From a virus, in IMG/VR virus record IMGVR_UViG_3300031521_000015: 64,000 bases of DNA; one strand, given 5' to 3'. The notes under the pieces are model-generated. The model saw nothing but the letters and a program-made list of their open reading frames with translations, had not been told where the DNA came from and did not search any database. This document shows positions 30,861 through 40,059 of this stretch, piece after piece. The number at the start of each line of letters is the position of its first letter. Positions within the stretch are counted from its first letter, which is position 1. Made by a program: the position numbers and the translations under genes.

Positions 30861-32435
30861 ATGGAATATACATTTGTTAAAACTTTAGCTGGAAAACTAT
30901 TAACTTTTAATGGCACTAGTTGGGTAGACTCTATATTAGTAGAACCACTTACAAAACAAAACTTTATTGATTTTGGTATTTCATCAATAAATTCTATAAC
31001 TGAAGCACAATGGTCAACTTTAGATGAAGACCAAGTAGAATTTATTACTTGGTCTGATAAATCTACAAATCTAAATTTAATATTTAATACATCTAATACA
31101 TATAAACCATTTTTTGTTATTGATAGTCCTAAATTATTATGTTGGAGTGATACAGTAGTTCCAAGTGTAATATTAAATATTAAAGCTCAATTAATGTCTA
31201 AGTTCTTATTTTCTAAAGATGGCAGAAATTCTTGGTGGACATTTAAAAGTGGAGTATGGCAACAAGTATTATTAAGTGATATTGATACAAAAGGAATGAC
31301 AAGACTAGAAGTTAATAATATATTAGATGGCGATATAAATGCGTGGTTTAAGCGTGGAACATTAGATTATGCAGTATATATGTATTCGGAAAGCAATATG
31401 TTAAGTCCGCAAATAAATAATTTAATTACCACATATCCTGTTAATTCATCTCCTACAATTAGTAATTTAACAATTAGTCCTGATACAACATTATATAGAA
31501 CAAATATAAAATTATCAGCAGATTTGCAAGATTTAGAAGGCGATTTATTTCAATATAAGATTACTATCAATGGGATATTTATTGACTTTGAAGGCAATAA
31601 CGGATGGTCTGATTGGCTAGATGGAGAACAAATTCAACAAATTGCACACACGTATAATTATTTAGATTTCAAAGTAGGTAATAATATTATTATTTTATCT
31701 GTCAAAGATTCTAGGGGATTAGTTTATTCTATTACAAAATATTTAAATATGGTAAATAACAATCCCATATTTTCAAGTATTTTATCTGATAATTGGAGTG
31801 TTTCTGGGTCACTCGATGATATTAATGGAGACAAAATTAGATATAGAATGTTGATAAATGGGGTGCAAAAATATCCATATACTGAGGATTTAAGTACACC
31901 ATCTTATACTGAATATTTTGACGTACCTCATTATATAGAACATAGTTGGACAAGTGATGATTTAATATTGAACAAACAAAATACAATAAAATTTGAAATA
32001 CAGGATTATGTAGGAGGCACACTTGCATATTCGCTTAATTCTATTGGAAAATATAAAAATTTGATGTTTAAAGATGAAGTATCAGGGTTTTATTCAGATG
32101 CACATGGAAATATTTTAGAGATGCTTGATTTTGGCACTCTAACTGCTGGTCAAACTAGTGACGTAAAGAGAATATTGATTGAAAATGACTATGGATATCC
32201 AGTAGAGAATACATTTATAACAGTAAAATCTGATACCGTGGTAAATTATGAGTTGCATATAGCAAAAGACTCTTCGTTTGTACCAGAAGGGGCAGATACA
32301 TTAACTCAATTAAATTTTCCTTTTATATTACAAGACGGTGAAAGTAAAGAGTTTTTTTGTCGTATCACGAGTGACGTACATTCTAGTGGGACAGGTGGAA
32401 TATTTGAAATAGATGCGATTTGTGAACCAGTTTAA
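30861..32435 (+). CDS. Fibre-cluster protein (pair 2, B subunit)
   Basis: ATG 30861 after AAGGAGG; paralogous to the 25198 C-terminus (FSKDG..W, DLEGD, DNWS.SG, DFG...G..S....IENDYGY). Confidence 0.75.
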   Translation: MEYTFVKTLAGKLLTFNGTSWVDSILVEPLTKQNFIDFGISSINSITEAQWSTLDEDQVEFITWSDKSTNLNLIFNTSNTYKPFFVIDSPKLLCWSDTVVPSVILNIKAQLMSKFLFSKDGRNSWWTFKSGVWQQVLLSDIDTKGMTRLEVNNILDGDINAWFKRGTLDYAVYMYSESNMLSPQINNLITTYPVNSSPTISNLTISPDTTLYRTNIKLSADLQDLEGDLFQYKITINGIFIDFEGNNGWSDWLDGEQIQQIAHTYNYLDFKVGNNIIILSVKDSRGLVYSITKYLNMVNNNPIFSSILSDNWSVSGSLDDINGDKIRYRMLINGVQKYPYTEDLSTPSYTEYFDVPHYIEHSWTSDDLILNKQNTIKFEIQDYVGGTLAYSLNSIGKYKNLMFKDEVSGFYSDAHGNILEMLDFGTLTAGQTSDVKRILIENDYGYPVENTFITVKSDTVVNYELHIAKDSSFVPEGADTLTQLNFPFILQDGESKEFFCRITSDVHSSGTGGIFEIDAICEPV

Positions 32436-32490
32436 TAAAATGTAGACATCGTATGGCTCAATACAATGAGAAAGGATGTGAGAAAATGAA

Positions 32491-35400
32491 ATGCAATATG
32501 ATAACGACTTAAATTCATATATAATAATTAATAGAAGTAATGTTCAAAATGAAGCTTATGCAAAAATTGATATAGATTCTGTCAATAATTTAAATAGTAC
32601 AATTACAGTTAGATATAATGATGAATCAGTACAAGACGAAAATGTTTCATTATCAAGTACCTTAACTATTCCAATAAAGAACAAAATGTTTGGTACTGTA
32701 GATATAGTCAAAACACAAAAAATAACTCAAATTATACCTTGCTTAAAAGATGCATTCGTGAGATCAGACCAACCAGTTCTAAATTACGGAAAAGAAAAAG
32801 ATTTATTAGTTGGTTATTCATCTTCTTTTGATGGAATATTTAGAACATTCATGGACTTTAATTTACTTCGATTACAAAAAGGTTTAATAATAACAAAAGC
32901 AACAATAAAAGCAACTAGGATAAGTACTGATAATTTTATTCCTAACTTAGAAGTATACGAATGTTTAAATAGTTTTGATGAAAATGATATTACATGGGAT
33001 AACCAACCTCCAATGGGAACTCTACTTGAAACATTCCAAGGTGGAACTTCACTAGGTCAGAAATATATATATTGTGATGTTACAAATAGTATTATTGATT
33101 GGTACGAAGGAAATAGATTCCAAACAGGATTTGTTTTTAAATCTTCAGACGAAACTTATAATCAATATGGTAGAACTTATTCAAGAGAATCAAGTTTTAC
33201 TCCTATATTGGAAGTTGAGTATTTTAACCCTAATCCTCCTAGCTATGGGTCAGCAATATTAAATAGTAAAATAAGTGTAAAAATACCTGCAAAAAATGAA
33301 TTAAATTGTACTATAATAGTTCCTGAATATGATTTTAATAATGATTTAGATAGTACAATAACAGTTAGAAATAATAGTTATTTAGATTGTAAATTACAAG
33401 TATTAACAGACGCATTAAATAGTAAAATCAATGTTGCAACAGGAGTTAATTTAAATTCTATAATAAAAGTTAAAATAAATACTGCTAGAGATTTCAATTC
33501 ACAAGTTGCAGTATCCCAACCTAATATTAGTTGTAAAATAACTGTAGTTAATAATTATCAAATGCCTTGTATTATAAATGTTACACAAATTAAGGATTTA
33601 GATTGTAAGGTGAAAGTTAGAAGATATGATATTAGTGAACTAAATTCAAATATTAAAGTTACTAATATTTTAGACTTAGTTAGTAAACTTGCAGTAAGAC
33701 GTAATGAATATAAAGATTTAAACTCTAAAATAATAGTACGAAGAAAAGATGTAAGTGAACTGAATTGCACAATATCTACCACAAGATTTAGTGAATTATC
33801 ATCAAAGATAACAGTTAGAAGGTATAATTATAATGAGTTAAGTTCGATAATTAAAGTCAGAAGATACGACATTAATGAATTAAATAGTAAAATTTTAGTT
33901 ATGTTTACCAATGACTTAGATTCTACAATTAAAGTTAGAAGGTCTGAAGATAATGATTTAAATTCCATAATTAATGTAAGAAGATATGACGATGGTAGCA
34001 TTGATAGTACAATTTTAATTTCATTATTTGAAGAATTGGGTTGTAAGATTTTAGTTAGTAAGGGCGAAGTTGATTCTATAATAAAAGTAAGAAGATATTT
34101 AGATGATGATTTCAATGGAATAGTAAAAATATCTCCAACAAGTGAATTCTTAAGTAAAATAAAAGTTACCAATTATAAAGAATTAAATTCTAAAATATCT
34201 GTTAGAATACCTTCTGCAAAAGATTTATCAACTAAAATAACAGTAAGAGATATGTCTACAGTAGATTGTATCTTGAATGTCAGAAGATATGACAACAATG
34301 AATTCGATTCACAGATTACAGTTAGAAGAAATGATATAACTGATATCAATTCAAATGTATTAGTCAGAAGAAATGAAAATATTGATTTAAATTCAACTAT
34401 TCATGTAAGATTTGTCGATGGTAAAAACGATATCTCAAGTAAGATGTTTGTATACATTACAGATACTAATGATTTAGATTCTACTATCTTAGTAATTAAT
34501 GAAGGTACTGAGGATTTAAATTCTATAATCAAGACTAGACCTTCCAATAGAATGTTTGGTATTGTAGATATATTACCAGCTCCTAAAGTTAATTTGACAT
34601 TAAAGCCGGTACAAGATGCTTATACCAGAAGTCAATTACCTACATTCAACTATGGTAGCGAAATTGATATGTATGTTGGTAATAATAGTGGAGAATTATA
34701 TCGCTCATTCTTACAGTTTGATTTAAGTGGGATACCTACAACTAGGGTATTTACAAAGGCTATTTTAAAATTACATAGTAATACGTCTTATTATACAAGT
34801 GGTATTCAATTAGATGAAGTAAAAGATTCTTGGTATGAAAATGATATAACTTGGAATAATCAAGAAGATTCTTTAAGTACAATAAAAGCTGTTTCTAGCG
34901 TTAGTGGAAGTATTATAGAAATTGACTTAATGTATATAATTGATAATTGGTTCAATGGTAGTATGCTACAAAATGGATTTATAATTAAATCACTTGATGA
35001 GTCAATTCAACAAAGACTAAGGCTTTATTCTAGGGAAAGTGTTTATCCACCTACCTTAGAAATAGAGTATTTTGATACTACAGTAAAGAGTAATGTTTCT
35101 AATGATTTTTTAAGTAAAATATTCGTAATGAGTGTTGAAAATAAAGATTTAAGTTGTTCAATTACTGTACCTAATTATAATTTAGAAAGCGATTTAGATT
35201 CATCTTTGGTCGTAAATAATAATGGATACTTAGATTCTAAAATTACTGTTATTCGTGGAGATTTAGATTGTAAACTAGTTGTAAAAAGGAATGAAGAAAA
35301 TAATTTAGATTCCTTATTAAAAGTTAGATTAAATGAAATAAATGAATTATCAAGTACAATTATTGTAAATAATCCGTATATAAATTCTATCATAACAGTA

Positions 35401-36279
35401 AAACGTAATGAAATAGATAATATTGATAGTAATTTAATTGTCCGAAGAAATGAAATATTATCATTAGACTCTAAAGTTGTAGTAAGAAGAAATGAATACA
35501 AAGAACTTAATAGCAAAATCATAGTAAATAATCCTGATATAGCTAGTATAATTAAAGTTACACCTACAAGTGAGTTATATTCAAGTATTATAGTACGAAG
35601 AAATGACGTTTTAGATTTAAATAATAAATTAAGTGTAACTCAACGTAGCGATTTAAATTGTGTAATCAATGTTCTAACAAATGAATTAATAGGTTGTATA
35701 ATTAAAGTAAGAAACACTTGGGATTCAGAATTAGATTCTAAAATCATAGTAACTACTTATAATAATCTAGATTCATTAATAGAAGTAACCAATCACGCAA
35801 ACTTAAGTTCTACTATTAAAGTTAGAAGATATTCAGATATTGATCTTAATTCAAAAATCAATATAATAGCAAATGATAATTTAGATAGTAAGATTAATGT
35901 TATTAAACCATCTTATTTAAATTCAGTAATTAAAATAAGGAATACTAAAGAAATTGATTTAAATTCAAAAATTGATATTATATCAGTAGAAAATTTAGAT
36001 TGTATAATTAGAGTTGCTAAAGGAGATATTTCTTGTAAGATTAAAGTTAGAAGAAATGAATACAATGACTTAGATAATAAAGTAGAGATTACTCCTACTA
36101 ATGATTTAAATGGTATTATTTCAGTATCAAATATTTCAGAATTAAGTTGTAAAATAATAACTAGGACTCCTTATAATAATGATTTGAGTTCTAAAATAGA
36201 AGTTTTAGGAAGTTTATCTGATTTAGAATGCAAGATAGTTGTTGGAAATAAAATTATTGGATATGTGTTTATAATGTAA
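32491..36279 (+). CDS. Giant repeat protein with two DNRLRE/CBM96-like domains and dozens of 13-16-aa beta-strand repeats
   Basis: DAFVRS..P..NYG...FRTFMDFNL...ITW.NQP and DAYTRS..P..NYG...YRSFLQFDLS; repeats (N/S)(D/E)L(D/N)S.I.VRR. Confidence 0.75.
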   Translation: MQYDNDLNSYIIINRSNVQNEAYAKIDIDSVNNLNSTITVRYNDESVQDENVSLSSTLTIPIKNKMFGTVDIVKTQKITQIIPCLKDAFVRSDQPVLNYGKEKDLLVGYSSSFDGIFRTFMDFNLLRLQKGLIITKATIKATRISTDNFIPNLEVYECLNSFDENDITWDNQPPMGTLLETFQGGTSLGQKYIYCDVTNSIIDWYEGNRFQTGFVFKSSDETYNQYGRTYSRESSFTPILEVEYFNPNPPSYGSAILNSKISVKIPAKNELNCTIIVPEYDFNNDLDSTITVRNNSYLDCKLQVLTDALNSKINVATGVNLNSIIKVKINTARDFNSQVAVSQPNISCKITVVNNYQMPCIINVTQIKDLDCKVKVRRYDISELNSNIKVTNILDLVSKLAVRRNEYKDLNSKIIVRRKDVSELNCTISTTRFSELSSKITVRRYNYNELSSIIKVRRYDINELNSKILVMFTNDLDSTIKVRRSEDNDLNSIINVRRYDDGSIDSTILISLFEELGCKILVSKGEVDSIIKVRRYLDDDFNGIVKISPTSEFLSKIKVTNYKELNSKISVRIPSAKDLSTKITVRDMSTVDCILNVRRYDNNEFDSQITVRRNDITDINSNVLVRRNENIDLNSTIHVRFVDGKNDISSKMFVYITDTNDLDSTILVINEGTEDLNSIIKTRPSNRMFGIVDILPAPKVNLTLKPVQDAYTRSQLPTFNYGSEIDMYVGNNSGELYRSFLQFDLSGIPTTRVFTKAILKLHSNTSYYTSGIQLDEVKDSWYENDITWNNQEDSLSTIKAVSSVSGSIIEIDLMYIIDNWFNGSMLQNGFIIKSLDESIQQRLRLYSRESVYPPTLEIEYFDTTVKSNVSNDFLSKIFVMSVENKDLSCSITVPNYNLESDLDSSLVVNNNGYLDSKITVIRGDLDCKLVVKRNEENNLDSLLKVRLNEINELSSTIIVNNPYINSIITVKRNEIDNIDSNLIVRRNEILSLDSKVVVRRNEYKELNSKIIVNNPDIASIIKVTPTSELYSSIIVRRNDVLDLNNKLSVTQRSDLNCVINVLTNELIGCIIKVRNTWDSELDSKIIVTTYNNLDSLIEVTNHANLSSTIKVRRYSDIDLNSKINIIANDNLDSKINVIKPSYLNSVIKIRNTKEIDLNSKIDIISVENLDCIIRVAKGDISCKIKVRRNEYNDLDNKVEITPTNDLNGIISVSNISELSCKIITRTPYNNDLSSKIEVLGSLSDLECKIVVGNKIIGYVFIM

Positions 36280-36293
36280 TAATAAATTAATGT

Positions 36294-36329
36294 AATAAGG
36301 GCAAGAGATATTATAATCTTGCTCTTATT
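36294..36329. terminator. Bidirectional terminator
   Basis: AATAAGGGCAAGA/TCTTGCTCTTATT between convergent genes. Confidence 0.65.
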
Positions 36330-36351
36330 TGTGTTTGTAAATTGGATTCAT

Positions 36352-36465
36352 TTAATCATTGAAAATTTTATTATCAATATTTCGGCTGACATGCCGTAAC
36401 TTATTAATTATACGACCTAGCATAAATAGAATCAAACAACTTATTGATAAACATATATATTCCAT
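36352..36465 (-). CDS. 37-aa small membrane peptide (not in ORF track)
   Basis: Extended -10 TGTTATAAT (36502-36510), RBS AAGGAG, MEYICLSISCLILFMLGRIINKLRHVSRNIDNKIFND. Confidence 0.55.
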   Translation of the reverse strand: MEYICLSISCLILFMLGRIINKLRHVSRNIDNKIFND

Positions 36466-36723
36466 TGCTTCTCCTTAGGATGATTATGTGGTTAATATAA
36501 TATTATAACATATATTTTTGATAAACACCACAGAACCATTCATTTTTATAAAATCGAAAAAGTTATTCTACTTGCAACTCTGCTTTTGAATGCCATTTAA
36601 ATTCAATTGTATTAAAGGTAAAAGAAAGTCTAAAAATATTGGCGTAATAGAATTAGAATTAATGATAATACTTTCATATTTATACTGGCCACAACATTAA
36701 GAATTAGGATTTTTGTTTTAAAT

Positions 36724-36765
36724 TCGATACATAACTAAGATTATCAGTCCAAAACATGGTATAAT
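36724..36765 (+). promoter_or_regulatory. Xer/dif-like 11-6-11 site next to the extended -10 promoter of the recombinase
   Basis: TCGATACATAA-CTAAGA-TTATCAGTCCA; TGGTATAAT at 36757-36765. Confidence 0.4.
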
Positions 36766-36785
36766 AGTTATGGAGGTATATAAAG

Positions 36786-37610
36786 ATGAATAATTTACAA
36801 ATGTTTAGAGAATACTTGGCCAAGCAAGAAAAAAGTAATAAGACTATTGAGGCCTATATGAGAGATATAAATCAATTCATGGCCTATGCAAAAGAAAATA
36901 AGATATTAGAATTTCACAATGATACAATGAAGGCCTACAAAGAATATTTATTATATGAAAGATTCTTATCTCCTACTTCGGCCAATAGAAAACTTGTGGC
37001 CATACATCAATTCTTTGCTTTTATTGAAGTGTCGGCCACAACTACAAAAGTAAAAATACAATCACAGAATTTCTTAGAGAATGTAATTAATAAGGCTGAT
37101 ATAGAAAATATAATTGATATTGCTAAGGCCAAGAAGGATTATAGAACGTTGGCCATAGTAAAAACATTGGAATTGACTGGCCTAAGAATAAGTGAAATGC
37201 TACAACTTCAAATAAAAGACATACATAGTAATACAATACAAATTGTTGGCAAGGGAAATAAGATTAGATCTGTATTTATTCCCAAGGCCTTGAATGATGT
37301 TTGGTTAAATTATTGTAGATTGGGCCGAATGAATAAAGGTTGTGATTACCTGTTTGTAGGAACTCGTGGCCATATGACTAGAAGTGGTGTAGATAAAGTT
37401 TTAAAGAAATATGGTAAGTTGGCCAATGTAAAAAAGGAGAAAAATCATGCACATTCATTTCGCCATCAATATGCAAAACGGTTAATAGATTCTGGTTTGG
37501 CCATTGATATTGTAGCCGATTTATGTGGCCATGGTAGTATTGAAACAACTCGGATTTATACCAGAAAGAGTAAAGAAGAATTATTAAATGTTATAGAAGA
37601 TTTGGATTAG
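36786..37610 (+). CDS. XerD-like tyrosine recombinase, GGCC-saturated gene
   Basis: Catalytic set intact: TGLRISE, GKGNK, HSFRH, LCGH, TTRIY. Confidence 0.92.
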   Translation: MNNLQMFREYLAKQEKSNKTIEAYMRDINQFMAYAKENKILEFHNDTMKAYKEYLLYERFLSPTSANRKLVAIHQFFAFIEVSATTTKVKIQSQNFLENVINKADIENIIDIAKAKKDYRTLAIVKTLELTGLRISEMLQLQIKDIHSNTIQIVGKGNKIRSVFIPKALNDVWLNYCRLGRMNKGCDYLFVGTRGHMTRSGVDKVLKKYGKLANVKKEKNHAHSFRHQYAKRLIDSGLAIDIVADLCGHGSIETTRIYTRKSKEELLNVIEDLD

Positions 37611-37721
37611 GCCAAAGATATTAAAATTAAATATTAGATTATTTTTAGAGTTTGTATGAATTGTACAAGCTCTTTTTTGTTGCGTGGAATTATAAAAATT
37701 GAATTAGAAAGGAATGGGGAT

Positions 37722-38258
37722 ATGGGCAAATATTCAAGTAAAAAAGTTGATGATCCTAAATGGGGAATTTTCGACAGCACAACAGAATGGAAATATTGGA
37801 ATGAACTATTAAAGCAACAAGAGAAAGGAGAGATAAACAATTTAGATAGACAAAAACCTTTCTTATTAGTGCCAGCCTTTAAAGATTCCCACTACGAAAA
37901 TAAAGGAATTCGTAAAATGGAATATATTTCTGATATGAGCTTTATTAGAGATGGTCAACTAGTCGTTGTTGATGTAAAAGGTAGTCTTTATAATATTACA
38001 AATGAAAGTAAGTGCAAGATAAAGATGTTTAAATACTTAAATCAAGATACACGTTTTGAATTAATTGTTACATATGATAGCAGATGGTTTAACTTAGAAG
38101 ATAAAATAGAAAAGAAACAGTACACTGAATTAGTTAAACAAAAGAAAAGTGAAAAGAAAGCTAGGAAAGAAGTTAGGGACAAATTAAAAGCTGAGAAAGA
38201 TAAGAATGTTAGTAAAAAAAAAGACAAAATAAAACAATTAAGAAAGGACTTGATATAA
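37722..38258 (+). CDS. DUF1064-like PD-(D/E)xK nuclease-fold protein
   Basis: KYSSKKV...FDSTTE..Y...RQKPFLL...YISD..F...VVDVKG; likely start ATG 37722. Confidence 0.75.
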   Translation: MGKYSSKKVDDPKWGIFDSTTEWKYWNELLKQQEKGEINNLDRQKPFLLVPAFKDSHYENKGIRKMEYISDMSFIRDGQLVVVDVKGSLYNITNESKCKIKMFKYLNQDTRFELIVTYDSRWFNLEDKIEKKQYTELVKQKKSEKKARKEVRDKLKAEKDKNVSKKKDKIKQLRKDLI

Positions 38259-38259
38259 T

Positions 38260-39228
38260 ATGGCAAAAGAAAAAAGAAAACATGTTCAATATACAACTCC
38301 AAAATTGATAGAACAAATAAATCCACAAAATAAAGAACTTTGGAGGAAATATCTTAATGGGAAAAGACAGTTAGCTGAGTCCTCTAAGAATTCATATACT
38401 TCAGATATAAACCAATTCTTTGTTTTTATATTAAAAAATTATGATAATAAATACATATTTGATTTTGAAACTGAGGAAATGGCAGATGTTGTTGAAGATT
38501 TTCTTGCACTATGTCAAAGCGTATTTGAAAATAAAGATAGACGTATGCAACGTAGACTGTCTAGTATCTCATCATTATATCTATATTATAAAAAGAAAAG
38601 AAAAATCAAAGAAAATGTAGTAGATTTATTAGAAAGACCTAAAGCTCAAAAAGGAGTTTATGAAATAAAAAGAGTATTTCTAACACAAGAACAAGTAGAA
38701 ACGATAAGAGAAGGATTAAAAGAAAGAAATAATACTCAATTAACATTAGTATTTGAATTAGGGTTATTTACTATGGCTAGAGTTAATGCTATATCTACTA
38801 TTAGATTAGACCAGATTGACTTAGAAAATAGGGTTATAAGAGATGTAATCGAAAAAGAAGGATATTCTATTACGTTCAATCTCAATGATAGATGTATAGA
38901 ATTAATTAAACAATGGTTGAATGAAAGAAAAGAAAAAGGAATTGAATGTGAGCATTTATTTGTTACTAATTATAATGGGTGGAGACAAGCTTCAGTTGGA
39001 CAATTTAAAAGTACATGGATAAAACAAATAGGGGCTATTATCAATGAACCTGAATTATCCATGCATGATTTAAGACATAGTGGCAGTGACCTTAGATATA
39101 AAGCAGGTATGAGTCTAGAAGCAGTCTCGAAGGCGTTATCCCATAGATCAACGGGTGTAACAAAAGATTTTTATTTGCAAGAAGATACCGAATCTTTAAA
39201 ACAAGAAATGCTAAAGTTTGATATTTAA
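38260..39228 (+). CDS. Tyrosine recombinase/integrase
   Basis: TMARVNA, EKEG, MHDLRH, LSH, TKDFY. Confidence 0.88.
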   Translation: MAKEKRKHVQYTTPKLIEQINPQNKELWRKYLNGKRQLAESSKNSYTSDINQFFVFILKNYDNKYIFDFETEEMADVVEDFLALCQSVFENKDRRMQRRLSSISSLYLYYKKKRKIKENVVDLLERPKAQKGVYEIKRVFLTQEQVETIREGLKERNNTQLTLVFELGLFTMARVNAISTIRLDQIDLENRVIRDVIEKEGYSITFNLNDRCIELIKQWLNERKEKGIECEHLFVTNYNGWRQASVGQFKSTWIKQIGAIINEPELSMHDLRHSGSDLRYKAGMSLEAVSKALSHRSTGVTKDFYLQEDTESLKQEMLKFDI

Positions 39229-39566
39229 CTCCTTTTAAAACCACTCTTTTAAATGATTACAATAGCAAAAATAAAAAACAAATAGCAATAAAACCTAACC
39301 TCATCGAAACTATTAAAATCCACAAGATTAGGTTTTATCAGTATCTATTATCTATCAATTTAAAATATAAAAGGTTAAAATATTGTAGAATCAATTACCA
39401 AAGAACAACACTCTAAATCAATAATCAATTCTACTCTGTTATAATAACCAAAATTAAAAATAATTATACTCTTTATATAAATCAATATATTATAATTCAC
39501 TAATCTTAAAGAAAAGGAATGTGTTAACAATGAATAAATAAATTAAAATTTTGAGGAGGAATATAT

Positions 39567-39935
39567 ATGGACGAAAATAATTACATAGACAAACAATTAT
39601 CAGACCATGAAGCAAGACTAAGAAGACTTGAGGAAAGTGATGTTGAACAAAGGTTAGAATTAGCTGGGATTTCACGCTCTCAAGCAGAAATTAAACTATT
39701 AATGGCAGAACAGTCAAAAGATCAAATGAAGCAGTCTGAAAAACAACAAAATACATTAAATAACTTTACCAAAGAAATGTTTGATTACTTTAAGGCAAAA
39801 GAATCTCAAGAAGAAAGAATAAAAACTGAAAGTAATAAAATAAATAATGAAATGAAATTTTATAATACTAAACAATTTTGGGTTATAGCATCTATGATTG
39901 TTGGTGGAATTTTAACATATCTTGGATTAAAATAA
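39567..39935 (+). CDS. XhlA/hemolysin-like membrane protein
   Basis: LSDHEARLRRLEE coiled coil with a C-terminal transmembrane helix. Confidence 0.55.
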   Translation: MDENNYIDKQLSDHEARLRRLEESDVEQRLELAGISRSQAEIKLLMAEQSKDQMKQSEKQQNTLNNFTKEMFDYFKAKESQEERIKTESNKINNEMKFYNTKQFWVIASMIVGGILTYLGLK

Positions 39936-40000
39936 AAAGAGACTACTTTCTCAAGTAATCTCACCTTTAGGACATATAATAACAAACAAAATATATCCAT
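39933..40000 (-). ncRNA. Candidate sRNA 1
   Basis: Promoter TTGACT(40034-40029)-16-TATAAT(40012-40007) with TG extension; terminator GAGATTACT...AGTAGTCTC-T5; no ORF. Confidence 0.4.
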
Positions 40001-40059
40001 AAAACAATTATATCACTATTTCAATCAAAGTCAATACACATTTAAAAATAAATTAAAGT

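Noticed and set aside
1689-35522. Minus-strand ORFs in the track (e.g. 1689, 2241, 3365, 11018, 13993, 33828, 35175) and short alternate-frame + ORFs (9735, 14931, 33074)
   Set aside because: They are shadows of long, motif-bearing genes, with no RBS or recognisable domains.
33240-36240. Periodic GTTAGAAG/GATTTA-like DNA repeats as a CRISPR or DNA repeat array
   Set aside because: The repeats are degenerate at synonymous positions and in frame, so they are protein-level repeats; there is no repeat-spacer structure or cas gene.
36391-36418. Imperfect dyad CGTAAC...TATACG as a second recombinase site
   Set aside because: The spacing does not fit the core, and it lies within the 37-aa peptide ORF.
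36786-37610. GGCC excess explained by import from a GC-rich donor
   Set aside because: The gene is otherwise AT-rich, and GCC/GGC codons appear almost only where they complete GGCC.
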